A DNA stretch of 64,000 nucleotides, from the NCBI GenBank assembly GCA_030390025.1, contig JASTWF010000343.1:372001-436000 (forward strand), written 5' to 3'. Below are positions 12,088-24,394 of the stretch, piece by piece. The stretch comes from Squalus acanthias. Lineage: Eukaryota. The notes under the pieces are model-generated. The model saw only the letters and a program-made list of their open reading frames with translations, did no database searches and was not told the DNA's origin. The translations under genes were made by a program, and so were the position numbers. The stretch's first letter is position 1, and each line of letters starts with the position of its first letter.

Positions 12088-14830
12088 GATTCCCCTCCCT
12101 CTCCTCCCCTGAAGGTGCTGACTCTGGCTGGGTTCAGTTCACTCACTGGTTCCCCTCCCTCTCCTCCCCTGAAGGTACTGACTCTGGCTGGGTTCAGTTC
12201 TACACTCACTGGTTCCCCTCCCTCTCCTCCCCTGAAGGTGCTGATTCTGGCTGAGTTCAGTTCCACACTCACTGGTTTCCCTCCCTCTCCTCCCCTGAAG
12301 GTGCTGACTCTGGCTGGGTTCAGTTCTACACTCACTGGTTCCCCTCCCTCTCCTCCCCTGAAGGTGCTGACTCTGGCTGGGTTCAGTTCTACACTCACTG
12401 GTTCCCCTCCCTCTCCTCCCCTGAAGGTGCTGACTCTGGCTGGGTTCAGTTCTACACTCACTGGTTCCCCTCCCTCTCCTCCCCTGAAGGTGCTGACTCT
12501 GGCTGGGTTCAGTTCACTCACTGGTTCCCCTCCCTCTCCTCACTTGAAGGTGCTGACACTGGCTGGGTTCAGTTCACTCACTGGTTCCCCTCCCTCTCCT
12601 CCCCTTAAGGTACTGACTCTGGCTGGGTTCAGTTCTACACTCACTGGTTCCCCTCCCTCTCCTCCCCTGAAGGTGCTGACTCTGGCTGGGTTCAGTTCAC
12701 TCACTGGTTCCCCTCCCTTTCCTCCCCTGAAGGTGCTGACTCTGGCTGGGTTCAGTTCACTCACTGGTTCTCCTCCCCTGAAGGTGCTGACTCTGGCTGG
12801 GTTCAGTTCTACACTCACTGGTTCCCCTCCCTCTCCTCCCCTGAAGGTGCTGACTCTGGCTGGGTTCAGTTCTACACTCACTGGTTCCCCTCCCTCTCCT
12901 CCCCTGAAGGTGCTGACTCTGGCTGGGTTCAGTTCTACACTCACTGGTTCCTCTCCCTCTCCTCCCCTGAAGGTGCTGACTCTGGCAGGGTTCAGTTCAA
13001 CACTCACTGGTTCCCCTCCCTCTCCTATCCTGAAGGTGCTGACTCTGGCTGGGTTCAGTTCTACACTCACTGGTTCCCCTCCCTCTCCTCCCCTGAAGAT
13101 GCTGACTCTGGCTGGGTTCAGTTCTACACTCACTGGTTCCCCTCCCTCTCCTCCCCTGAAGGTGCTGACTCTGGCTGGGTTCAGTTCTACACTCACTGGT
13201 TCCCCTCCCTCTCCTCCCCTGAAGGTGCTGACTCTGGCTGGGTTCAGTTCTACACTCACTGGTTCCCCTCCCTCTCCTCCCCTGAAGGTGCTGACTCTGG
13301 CTGGGTTCAGTTCTACAATCACTGGTTCCCCTCCCTCTCCTCCCCTGAAGGTGCTGACTCTGGCTGGGTTCAGTTCTACACTCACTGGTTCCCCTCCCTC
13401 TCCTCCCCTGAAGGTGCTGACTCTGGCTGGGTTCAGTTCTACACTCACTGGTTCCCCTCCCTCTCCTCCCCTGAAGGTGCTGACTCTGGCTGGATTCAGT
13501 TCTACACTCACTGGTTCCCCTCCCTCTCCTCCCCTGAAGGTGCTGACTCTGGCTGGATTCAGTTCTACACTCACTGGCTCTCCTTACTCTCCTCCCCTGA
13601 AGGTGCTGACTCTGGCTGGATTCAGTTCTACACTCACTGGCTCTCCTTACTCTCCTCCCCTGAAGGTGCTGACTCTGGCTGGGTTCAGTTCACTCACTGG
13701 TTCCCCTCCCTCTCCTCCCCTGAAGGTGCTGACTCTGGCTGGGTTCAGTTCTACACTCACTGGTTCCCCTCCCTCTCCTCCCCTGAAGGTGCTGACTCTG
13801 GCTGGATTCAGTTCTACACTCACTGGTTCCCCTCCCTCTCCTCCCCTGAAGGTGCTGACTCTGGCTGGGTTCAGTTCTACACTCACTGGTTCCCCTCCCT
13901 CTCCTCCCCTGAAGGTGCTGACTCTGGCTGGGTTCAGTTCTACACTCACTGGTTCCCCTCCCTCTCCTCCCCTGAAGGTGCTGACTCTGGCTGGGTTCAG
14001 TTCTACACTCACTGGTTCCCCTCCCTCTCCTCCCCTGAAGGTGCTGACTCTGGCTGGGTTCAGTTCTACAATCACTGACTCTCCTATCTCCTCCCCTGAA
14101 GGTGCTGACTCTGGCTGGATTCAGTTCTACACTCACTGGCTCTCCTTACTCTCCTCCCCTGAAGGTGCTGACTCTGGCTGGATTCAGTTCTACACTCACT
14201 GGCTCTCCTTACTCTCCTCCCCTGAAGGTGCTGACTCTGGCTGGGTTCAGTTCTACACTCACTGGTTCCCCTGCCTCTCCTCCCCCGAAGGTGCTGACTC
14301 TGGCTGGATTCAGTTCTACACTCACCGGTTCCCCTCCCTCTCCTCCCCTGAAGGTGCTGACTCTGGCTGGGTTCAGTTCTACACTCACTGGTTCCCCTCC
14401 CTCTCCTCCCCTGAAGGTGCTGACTCTGGCTGGATTCAGTTCTATACTCACTGGCTCTCCTTACTCTCCTCCCCTGAAGGTGCTGACTCTGGCTGGGTTC
14501 AGTTCTGCACTCACTGGTTCCCCTCCCTCTCCTCCCCTGAAGGTGCTGACTCTGGCTGGATTCAGTTCTACACTCACTGGATCTCCTTACTCTCCTCCCC
14601 TGAAGGTGCTGACTCTGGCTGGGTTCAGTTCTACACTGACTGGTTCCCCTCCCTCTCCTCCCCTGAAGGTGCTGACTCTGGCTGGGTTCAGTTCTACACT
14701 GACTGGTTCCCCTCCCTCTCCTCCCCTGAAGGTGCTGACTGTGGCTGGGTTCAGTTCTACACTCACTGCTTTCCTTCCCTGTCCTCCCCTGAAGGTGCTG
14801 ATTCTGGCTGGGTCACTACCACACTCAAGG
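12088..14830. repeat. 63-bp minisatellite, ~43 units (60- and 54-bp variants)
   Basis: Unit ctgaaggtgctgactctggctgggttcagttctacactcactggttcccctccctctcctccc. Confidence 0.97.
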
Positions 14831-15250
14831 GGACCCTGAGGCCCTGCCCACGTGTTGGTCGTTTACAAAGATGGCGGCGAACAAAGCCAATTCTTTCCTT
14901 TACAAAGATGGCCGCCCTTAGTCTAGGCCTGTTACCGGGAAAAAGCCTCGGAGCTGCAAACGCGGAATCTGTAGGTTCTCATTTGAGGCTTGCGGCCTGC
15001 ACCAGGTGTTTATGAAGCTCGCCCGCCGGATGCGTTACCTCTCTGCGCCCCGGTGATTCGTAATCGGCGTAAAAACTGCGTCTCCCAACCCGGCCCGCTC
15101 CCAGCACTCGCCTGGCTCTGATCACACTGACTCTGCGCATGCTCCAAATATAGTCGGGCACGGCGCCTGCGCACTGGGCTCCTCCAGTGTGAATAGGGCA
15201 CATTCTCCCCCGCGGGGCATGCTGGGGAACATTGAAAGCCCCAATTAGTG
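14831..15250 (-). promoter_or_regulatory. Promoter cassette P1 with putative exon-1 donor
   Basis: Two AAGATGGC YY1-type and two NRF1-type sites (gcgcatgc, gcgcctgcgca); minus-strand GAG|GTAACG at 15039/15038. Five paralogs in the window. Confidence 0.65.
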
Positions 15251-15384
15251 AATGGAGAATGAGTTTCTGTGATCCCATTGAGAGAAAATTCATCAATAAT
15301 TCACACAGAAACCCAAGTGCACGGGCACTCTGCCATGGTTCAGTCCTGTATGTGATTAATAACAGAATCCAAACCCCTGCAGTC

Positions 15385-15850
15385 CCCTGTGAACTCACTG
15401 GAGTCTCTGCATTTGGGGTGAATTTCTTCCCACACACAGGATATTGAAACAGTCTCTCTCCAGTATCAATGCGCTGATCGTGCATCAGCTGCTTTGAACT
15501 TTGAAAGCTTTTCTCACAGTCAGAGTATTTACAGCAACTGTTCTCAATGTGGACACTCTGGAGTGTCAACAGGTGGGAGAACGGAGTCAATCCCTTCCCA
15601 CACGTGAAGTATCTAAACGGTCTCTCTCGCATGTGACTGTGCTGGTGTGTCAGTAAATGGGATGGTCGATAGAATCCCTTTCCACATACAGAGCAGTGAA
15701 CGGATTCTCCCCATTACGAACATGTCCGTGTGCTAATAGGTGAGATGAGCGAATGAATCTCTTTCCACACTCAGCTGGTGAACGGCCTCTCCCCGGTGTG
15801 ACTGTATCCATGAGTTTCCACCTCAGACGGGCAACTGAATCCATTCCTAC
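15385..15850 (-). pseudogene. Heavily decayed C2H2 ZNF remnant
   Basis: RERPFRYFTCGKG and ECGKRFIRSSHLLAH lie in different frames, Cys/His residues are lost, and a ZNF-type 3' UTR is at 15330-15390. Confidence 0.8.
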
Positions 15851-18033
15851 TCTCTAAAAACATTAATTACACCATCTGGGATTTTGTTTCTCCCCTTCTC
15901 TCCAGAAGGTGCTGAATCTGGCTGGGTGCAGTTCCACAGACATTAGTTAATCTCTAGTGCCTCACCGTCAGCTGACTCAGTGAGTGTCAGAAGCATTTCC
16001 ACTGTGGTAGGCATCACAGCCGAGTCCAATCCTGCCCTCAATTGACAGTCATACACTTCCCAGTTCAGGTCACTGGATCGCCATCAAGAGCAGGGGCACT
16101 GGCTGATTTTTACACTTAGCCCAGTGGTACTGAGGCCAATTATGGCCCCTGAACTGCTGCCTTGGTTGAGATCAACTAACAGCCCAGATCAAGTATTGAA
16201 TTTGTGAGCTTCCCAGTCAGTAGCGCAGAGTGTTTTAAAGCGGGCGGGGGTTTAGAAAAGAATATTTAGAAAGAAATATCACTCCACCTTTAAATGAAAC
16301 CTTCGTCACACTGCAAAATTCTGAAGTCTTTCCAAATTAACCAAGCAAGTCAAATGGATCTTCAAAAACAGACATTTTAGAAAGGCTCGAGTCACTGAAA
16401 TAGACAGGTTTACAATCACTGCACAGTACAGAAGGGAGCGACTGTTAATGGGAACTCTGTTAGTGAAGTCCGCCGACTCGCCAAGATAAACGGGTCGGTC
16501 CCTTTAACTATAAATAGGCAGAGAAAGGGGAGTCCCTGTCCCTTTAAATATCTGGCCCATTCCCCCAGGCAGTGGGAGGAGGAACAGCGCGCAGTCTCTT
16601 TGGATTCTGACCCAGCGGGTTCCGCCGGATGGGCTGCAGCAGGGTCCTAAAGACCACAAGAGAGACATTCGATAGGGTTAAAGAGAACTGAAAAGAGCTC
16701 ACACAAAGTGTTTGTTATATGTGTGAGTCTGCAAACAAAACTCATCGTTCTTAATGTTTGCTCGTGCATTCCAGAGATAAATTATCTTCACCAATGATTT
16801 TTCAGCATTTTATTTCCTATATTCACAGTGTAACTTCAGAGTGTTGAATCCCTTTAACATTTATTGAGAACCCATTGTCTTGTGGGCTCTTGTTCAGAAA
16901 GTGATGTCACAATGACCATTCCGTTCCCAAGGTGAGCCTGTCTGTCCGCAGTATTCAGTGGGAAAGGGGATTAAATCACACCGAGGATAATGAGCAGCCA
17001 CCCACCAGTCTCTGCACTTTATTGTCCAGTGATCACCTCACCATCACACAGAAGCTCCTGATATAAACCTCCAGTGGGTGGTGATTGGTGCAGGGTCAGT
17101 GGTGGAGTTCCGCAGCAGGAGTGATCCTGGAGTAACCCCGTGGATGTTCCGGGTCGTGTATTTTTAGTTATCCTGGTGTCTAACACGCACACATCAATAA
17201 AACAGGGAATTCCTGGAAACACGCTGCAGGTCCTTCTTTATCTGGAGATCAAATGTCTGTTGTATAATTGTACCAGCAGTTAACAGGCTCCTGTGAACTC
17301 CTCCCTCTGCTATTTTAATGCAGACTTTAGCCAATTTATTTTAAACGGGTTTATTTTAAATGAGCTAACACCTGCCTTAAAATGGTAGACTCAGGACTGT
17401 CACACACACATATTAAATCTTCGTGGAATAATTACCAGTCATTTTTAGACTGGAAACTTAACCCTGCCGTTTCACTTTCAGTCAGGAACAGATCGCAGTT
17501 TGACACCAATCGCTGATTTGACAGCACGTTTCCAGCATTCACCGTTGTTCTTCCTGACTCTAAACACAGTTGTAAAGGAGCCTTCTGTTCCATGCCCAGG
17601 AGCTGTGACCTATGGAAGAGAGCGGCTGGGACACATTCCTTACAGGCCTCAAGATTAACCTGCACGGGGACATTACTGTCAGTGAAGAGAGACGAGAAAG
17701 ACCAAAGTGCCGTTTGCCCCTCTCAGTGCGGCCCTGAAGGACTGTGTCCAGGCTGTAGTTCTTTCTGTTCCCGCCGTACCCTCTTCCCCCCAGATTGTCC
17801 TTGCTCAGCTCCAGCCAGGTGATGCTAAACACTCAGGTGGGAAGGACAAAAATCCACAACAATGTGTTTAAAGCAAAGCTGATTTATTTGACAGATATCC
17901 AGAATAGTAAACTCCAGCCCAGTTACAGGGGTTATTAACATCAGCAGAAACAAACCCCAGCTGTCAGTGTGAACACGATTCAGTCCGGAATGTAATTAAC
18001 AGCAGCAATAACAGCAGAATCCAACATCTGCAG

Positions 18034-18987
18034 TCACTTGTGAACTCGCTGGTGTCTCAGCAGGTGGGAAGCCCGAGTGAATCCCTTCCCACATTGAGAG
18101 CAGGTGAACGGTCTCTCCCCAGTGTGAACTCGTTGGTGTTTCAGCAGGGTGGATGACTGAGTGAATCCCTTCCCACACTCGGAGCAGGTGAACGGCCTCT
18201 CCCCGGTGTGAAGTCGCTGGTGTGTCAGCAGGCTGGATGACTGAGTGAATCCCTTCCCACACTCGGAGCAGGTGAACGGCCTCTCCCCGGTGTGAACTCG
18301 CTGGTGTGTCAGCAGGGTGGATGAATTAGTGAATCCCTTCCCACACTCGGAGCAGGTAAGTGGCCTCTCCCCAGTGTGAACTCGCTGGTGTTTCAGAAGG
18401 TCGGATGACCGAGTGAATCCGTTCCCACACTCGGCGCAGGTGAACGTCCTCTCCCCAGTGTGAACTTGCTGGTGTTTCAGAAGGTCGGATGAATTAGTGA
18501 ATCCCTTCCCACACTCAGAGCAGGTGAACGGTCTCTCCCCAGTGTGAGTGCGCTGGTGTACAGTGAGGTGAGATGATCTTCTGAACGCAGACCCGCAGTG
18601 AGAGCACCTGAACGGTCTCTCGTAAGTGTGAACACGTTGATGGCGTGTCAGTTCCCCGGAACTTTTAAAGCACTTCCCACAGTCCGGGCATTTAAAAGGT
18701 CTCTCGTCAGTGTGAACTCGCTGGTGTGTCAGCAGGTGGGATGAATGAGTGAATCCCTTCCCACACTCAGAGCAGGTGAACGGCCTTTCCCCGGTGTGAA
18801 CTCGTCGATGAGTTTCCAGCTCAAACGGGTAGTTGAATCCCTTCCCACAGTCCCCACATTTACACGGTTTCTCCCCGGTGTGACTGCGCTTGTGTCTCGA
18901 CAGGCCAAAGGATTGGCTGAAGCCTTGTCCACACTCAGAACACGTGTATGGTTTCTCCCCGCTCTGAACGGTGCTTTCTGCTTCCAT
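18034..18987 (-). CDS. C2H2 zinc-finger protein, 11 fingers, subfamily A (unit ZNF-2)
   Basis: Intact ORF from [16 protein letters not shown] to HQRVHK*. Acceptor tttcag|gg near 19080; AATAAA near 17885. Confidence 0.88.
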   Translation of the reverse strand: MEAESTVQSGEKPYTCSECGQGFSQSFGLSRHKRSHTGEKPCKCGDCGKGFNYPFELETHRRVHTGERPFTCSECGKGFTHSSHLLTHQRVHTDERPFKCPDCGKCFKSSGELTRHQRVHTYERPFRCSHCGSAFRRSSHLTVHQRTHTGERPFTCSECGKGFTNSSDLLKHQQVHTGERTFTCAECGNGFTRSSDLLKHQRVHTGERPLTCSECGKGFTNSSTLLTHQRVHTGERPFTCSECGKGFTQSSSLLTHQRLHTGERPFTCSECGKGFTQSSTLLKHQRVHTGERPFTCSQCGKGFTRASHLLRHQRVHK

Positions 18988-19476
18988 GTTCAAATGTTCT
19001 GATGAATCGAGTGACTGTCAGATCTTGAAGTGATGTTTGGTTTGAGTTTCCCGTCTGCAAATCCTCCCCTTCTAATACCCTGAAAAATTAATTTCAAACA
19101 GGAAAAAGGGAGTGTTTAGCAACTTAATCTCCCTTAGAATCCACCTCCCTTCACAGGCCCACATTGGAAATTGTTGGGTCCGACTGGGCTCAGAAGTACT
19201 GGGGGTTAAACCCAACAGCTTCTCCCCGCTCTCCACTCCAGCTCAAACTGATGCAACAAGAAAGCCCTACACAGGAGGCCAGGGAGCGAGTTCCACATCC
19301 ACCGCCCACCCTGATGCTAACCGGCTCTGAATTGCTCCCTCTGCTGTATAAATGCAAGTTGTTGTGTTTCTTGTCTGGGGGAGGTGCTGCACCCTGGGGT
19401 TAATGGTGCCGGGGCCCTGGCCGCACGTCCGCCGGCTCTGACTCGGGGCCTGAGACCCGCACTCGGTGTTGCTGAG

Positions 19477-21525
19477 GGACTCTAACCCTGGGACTGTACA
19501 TGGGGATTCCAACCCTGGGACTGTACATGGGGATTCCAACCCTGGGACTGTACATGGGGATTCTAACCCTGGGACTGTACATGGGGATTCTAACCCTGGG
19601 ACTGTACATGGGGATTCCAACCCTGGGACTGTACATGGGGATTCTAACCCTGGGACTGTACATGGGGATTCCAGCCCTGGGACTATACATGGTATTTCCT
19701 ATCCTGGGAGTGTACATGGGGATTCCAACCCTGGGACTGTACATGGGGATTCTAACCCTGGGACTGTACATGGGGATTCTAACCCTGGGACTGTACATGG
19801 GGATTCTAACCCTGGGACTGTACATGGGGATTCCAACCCTGGGACTGTACATGGGGATTCTAACCCTGGGACTGTACATGGGGATTCTAGCCCTGGGACT
19901 GTACATGGGATTCCTAACCCTGGGACTGTACATGGGGATTCCAACCCTGGGACTGTACATGGGGATTCTAACCCTGGGACTGTACATGGGGATTCTAACC
20001 CTGGGACTGTACATGAGGATTCTAACCCTGGGACTCTACATGGGGATTCCAACCCTGGGACTGTACATGGGGATTCTAACCCTGGGACTGTACATGGGGA
20101 TTCCAGCCCTGGGACTATACATGGTATTTCCTATCCTGGGAGTGTACATGGGGATTCCAACCCTGGGACTGTACATGGGGATTCTAACCCTGGAACTGTA
20201 GAAGGGGATTCTAACCCTGGGACTGTACATGGGGATTCCAGCCCTGGGACTATACATGGAGATTCCTATCCTGGGACTGTACATGGGGATGCCAGCCCTG
20301 GGACTGTATATGGGGATTCTAACCCTAGGACTGTACATGGGGATTCTAACCCTGGGACTGTACATGGGGATTCTAACCCTGGGACTGTACATGGGGATTC
20401 CAACCCTGGGACTGTACATGGGGATTCTAACCCTGGGACTGTACATGGGGATTCCAACCCTGGGACTGTAGAAGGGGATTCTAACCCTGGGACTGTACAT
20501 GGGGATTCCAACCCTGGGACTGTACATGGGGATTCTAACCCTGGGACTGTACATGGGGATTCTAACCCTGGGACTGTACATGGGAATTCTATCCCTGGGA
20601 CTGTACATGGGGATTCCAACCCTGGGACTTTACATGGGGATTCTAACCCTGGGAATGTACATGGGGATTCCAGCCCTGGGACTATACATGGTATTTCCTA
20701 TCCTGGGAGTGTACATGGGGATTCCAAACCTGGGACTGTACATGGGGATTCTAACCCTGGAACTGTAGAAGGGGATTCTAACCCTGGGACTGTACATGGG
20801 GATTCCAGCCCTGGGACTGTACATGGAGATTCCTATCCTGGGACTGTACATGGGGATTCCAGCCTTGGGACTGTACATGGGGATTCTAACCCTAGGACTG
20901 TAGAAGGGGATTCTAACCCTGGGACTGTACATGGGGATTCTAACCCTGGGACTGTACATGGGGATTCCAACCCTGGGACTGTACATGGGGATTCTAACCC
21001 TGTGACTGTACATGGGGATTCCAACCCTGGGACTGTAGAAGGGGATTCTAACCCTGGGACTGTACATGGGGATTCCAACCCTGGGACTGTACATGGGGAT
21101 TCTAACCCTGGGACTGTACATGGGGATTCTAACCCTGGGACTGTACATGGGAATTCTATCCCTGGGACTGTACATGGGGATTCCAACCCTGGGACTTTAC
21201 ATGGGGATTCTAACCCTGGGACTGTACATGGGGATTCTATCCCTGGGACTGTACATGGGGATTCTAACCCTGGGACTGTACATGGGGATTCCAACCCTGG
21301 GACTGTACATAGGGATTCTAACCCTGGGACTGTACATGGGGATTCTAACCCTGGGACTGTACATGGGGATTCCAACCCTGGGACTATACATGGGGATTCT
21401 AACCCTGGGACTGTACATGGGGATTCTAACCCTGGGACTGTACATGGGGATTCCAACCCTGGGACTGTACATGGGGATTCCAACCCTGGGACTGTACATG
21501 GGGATTCCAACCCTGGGACTGTACA
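19477..21525. repeat. 27-bp minisatellite, ~76 units
   Basis: Unit ggggattctaaccctgggactgtacat; reading frame unbroken across the array. Confidence 0.97.
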
Positions 21526-21739
21526 AGCGGGGCCCAGCTCTGGGGCTCTTCTGTTACAATTGTGTGGGATGTTAACCGTGTGCTCTGCTTTTACCAGCAC
21601 CTTCAAGAGAGATGGTGAGAAATCCGAAGTGTGGAGAGTCTGACTCAAATAACCGAGTCAATATAATTACCCTCCCGGGCACTAGGACCCGGTTGGGAAC
21701 AGACACTGAGGCCCCGTCCACTCTTTATTCGTCCCTTCG

Positions 21740-22125
21740 ATTACCGCGCATGCGCTTTGCTACTCACTGAATCAAGATGGCGGCCGTTATCCTGGGCCTG
21801 TGACCAGGAGAAGCCGCGAAGCTGCAAACGCGGGACCTTCAGGTTATTATTCGGCGCCTACGGCCTGCACCAGTTGTTCATGAAACCTGCCCGCCCACCC
21901 GCCGGTCCATTAGTCCGCTGCGTCCGCCCGCTTCTTAAGATTAACCGGAGCAGATCTGTGTCATCGCCTTTCGCGCTCTTTCCAATTACACGTACTACGC
22001 ATGCTCCAAACCCAGGTGTGTTCCGCGCCTGCGCACTGGGCTCCTGTCGTCCCAATGCGGCACCTTCTCCCCCGCGGGGACTGCTGGGTAATAGCCCCGC
22101 CATTGAAAGGCCCCATCAGTGAATA
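21740..22125 (-). promoter_or_regulatory. Promoter cassette P1 (diverged copy)
   Basis: cgcatgcg, caagatggcggccg, gcgcctgcgcactgggctcct; collinear with 14900-15250. Confidence 0.6.
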
Positions 22126-22154
22126 GAACAACATTTGCTAAGGAATGCATTGAG

Positions 22155-22400
22155 CACTGAACCATGTTCATTCTGGCAGTTAGAGTGTGTTTCTGCTGAT
22201 CTTAATAATCCCGATACCTGGGCTGGAGATTGATATTCTGTATAAATATTGAATAAATCAGCTTCGTTTCAAACACACAGTGTGTCAAACATTTGATTTA
22301 TCCATGATCAGAGGAGACTAATTGATGTTCTGTTACTGACTGTTCCTTGTTTGGGCCTTTTCTTACTCTAACTTATATCATTTCTCACCTAGTTCGCCTT
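22155..22400 (+). repeat. Orphan ZNF 3'-UTR module without fingers
   Basis: aaccatgttcattctg..ctgggctggag..aataaatcagc matches the 3' ends of the ZNF units. A second orphan is at 47545-47765. Confidence 0.7.
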
Positions 22401-22424
22401 CTCAGTGGGTAGCACACTCGCTAT

Positions 22425-23850
22425 ATCAATGCAATTCTTTTTTTCTTTTCTTTTCTATCTCTTTTGTTATCCAGGGAGCTCTGGCTTTAGTTGGAATCAT
22501 GGGAATGTACCCGAACCATCTCCTCTTTAAAGGCAGCCCGTTGCCTGCCAATCTTTGATACCAATTTACCCGGGCCAGATCCATTCTCAACTCACTGAAA
22601 CTGGCCCCCCTCCAATTAAGTATTTTTACTCTAGATTGCTCCTTGTCCTTTTCCATAGCTAATCTGAAACTTATGATACTATTATCACTCTTCTCTAAAT
22701 GTTCTCCTACTGACACTTGTCCACTTGATCCACCTCATTCCCCAGAACCAGATCCAGCAATGCCTTGTTCCTCGTTGGGCCAGAAACGTACTGATGATGA
22801 AAATTCTCCTGAATACACTTCAGAAATTCTTCCCCTTCTCTGCCATTTACACTATTACTATCCCAGTTTATATTAGGATAGTTGAAGTCCCAATTATGGC
22901 TACTCCATAGATCTTGCACCTCTCTGTAAATTTCCTGCAAATTTGCTCCTCTATATCCTTCCCACGAGTTGGTGGCCTATAGAATACACCTAGTACTGTA
23001 ATGGCACCACTATTGTTTCTCAACTCTAACCAAATAGATTCTGTCCTTGACGCTAGCAGGACATGCTCTTTCTCCAGCACTGTAATATTCTCCTTAATCA
23101 ATACTGCCACCCCATCTCCTTTCTTTCCCTCCCTATCTTTCCTGAACACCTTATATCCACGAATATTTAGTACCCAATCCTGCCCTTTTTTGAGCCAGGT
23201 TTCCGTTATGGCCACACATCATATTCCCACGTGGCTATCTGCGCTTGCAGCTCACCAACCTTATTTACCACACTAAGTGCGTTTACACACATGCACTGCA
23301 AACCTATCTTTGACCTTGTATTCTCTCTTCGTCTGACCACACCTATTACCTTAATCTGTTTTACTATAATGCTATCTGTCTCTCCCAATCCTTTCTTTCT
23401 CCTTTCTAATGCTACATCCTGGTGCCCATCCCCCTGCCAAATTAGTTTAAACTCTCCCCAACAGCACTAGCAACTCCACCCACACGAGGATATTGGTCTT
23501 GACTCTGTTGAGGTGCAACCTGTCTGGCCTGTACCGGTCCCAGCTCCCCAGAACCAGTCCCAATGTCCCAGGAATCTAAAACCCTCCCTCCTGCACCATC
23601 ACTCCAGCCATGCATTCATCTGCTCTATCCTCCGATTTCTATACTCACTAGCTCGTGGCACAGGGAGTAATCCAGAGATTACTAGCTTTGAAGTCCTGCT
23701 TTTTAATCTCTTTCCCAACTCCCTAAAATCTGCCTGCAGGACCTCATCCCTCTTTCTACCTATGTCGTTGATATTGATATGGACCACGGCCTCTGGCTGT
23801 TCACCCTCCCCTCAGAATGTCCTGCTGCCGCTCAGTGACATCCTTGACTC
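22425..23850 (-). mobile_element. CR1 fragment (ORF1 C-half + endonuclease), decayed
   Basis: ORFs 23599-23787 (ISGLLPVPRA), 22868-23215 (AITETW, FYRPP) and 22426-22716. Confidence 0.88.
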
Positions 23851-23914
23851 TGCGGCCGCAGAAACCCTTGGCTGTGCTACCCAGAGGAACCTTCGCCCTC
23901 ACCCGTATTCAGTA

Positions 23915-24373
23915 ACTTTGTTTGATAATGCCCCCGTGAAGTGGCTTAGGATGTTTTATGATTAAGGCACTATATAAATGCTAGTTTTGTTGTTGTTGGA
24001 TGTTATTAAATGGCCCTGGATTTGGTGTTGCCCTGTAAATGATCGCTTGATTTGGTGTCATTGTGTAAGTGATCCCTGGATTTGGTGTCACAGTGTAAGT
24101 GGTCCCTGGATTTGGTGTCCCTGTGTAAGTGGTCCCTTGATTTGGTGTCTCAATGTAAGTGGTCCCTGGATTTAGTGTCACAATGTAAATGGTTCCTCGG
24201 ATTTATGTCACAGCGTAAGTGGTCCCTGGATTTATTTACCTCTGTCCTAATATCTCCATATTTGTCTCTATGTGAAAGTTTGTTTGATAATGCTCCTGTG
24301 AAGTGTCTTAGGACCTTTTATTGTGTTAAAGGTGCTATATAAATACAAGTTTATGTTGTTGTTGGATGTTATT
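23915..24373 (+). repeat. Two L2-type 3' tails flanking a 30-bp tandem repeat (~7 units, 24010-24235)
   Basis: gataatgc..gtgaagtg..ctatataaat..(ttg)n occurs twice. Unit tggtccctggatttggtgtcacagtgtaag. Confidence 0.7.
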
Positions 24374-24394
24374 AACAACAGAATCCAACAACTG

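Larger units (their letters stand above)
15961..21650. repeat. Segmental duplication source (3' flank Y + ZNF-2 + 27-mer array)
   Basis: 15961-17570 matches 62263-64000, and 17415-21650 matches 53020-56030. Confidence 0.9.

Noticed and set aside
12090..12110. cctccctctcctc matches the CCNCCNTNNCCNC recombination-hotspot motif
   Set aside because: That motif is specific to human PRDM9 alleles and is easily matched by C/T-rich sequence.
12088..14830. CRISPR-like array
   Set aside because: Head-to-tail units with no unique spacers, no cas genes, vertebrate context.
11926..15015. 1029-aa Ser/Pro/Thr-rich ORF (also 59508-61049 and 43237-44100) as a mucin-like gene
   Set aside because: It is the stop-free frame of the 63-bp array, antisense to the ZNF unit, with no signal peptide or unique domain, and it shifts frame near 14085.
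17432..17665. 77-aa ORF conserved at 53035-53268 (and the 67-aa ORF 17019 / 63441)
   Set aside because: Conservation equals that of the surrounding duplicated DNA; non-ATG starts and no recognisable domain.
19466..21643. 725-aa GTVHGDSNP repeat protein
   Set aside because: A 27-bp minisatellite open in several frames on both strands; no ATG start, and copy number differs about threefold in the paralog.
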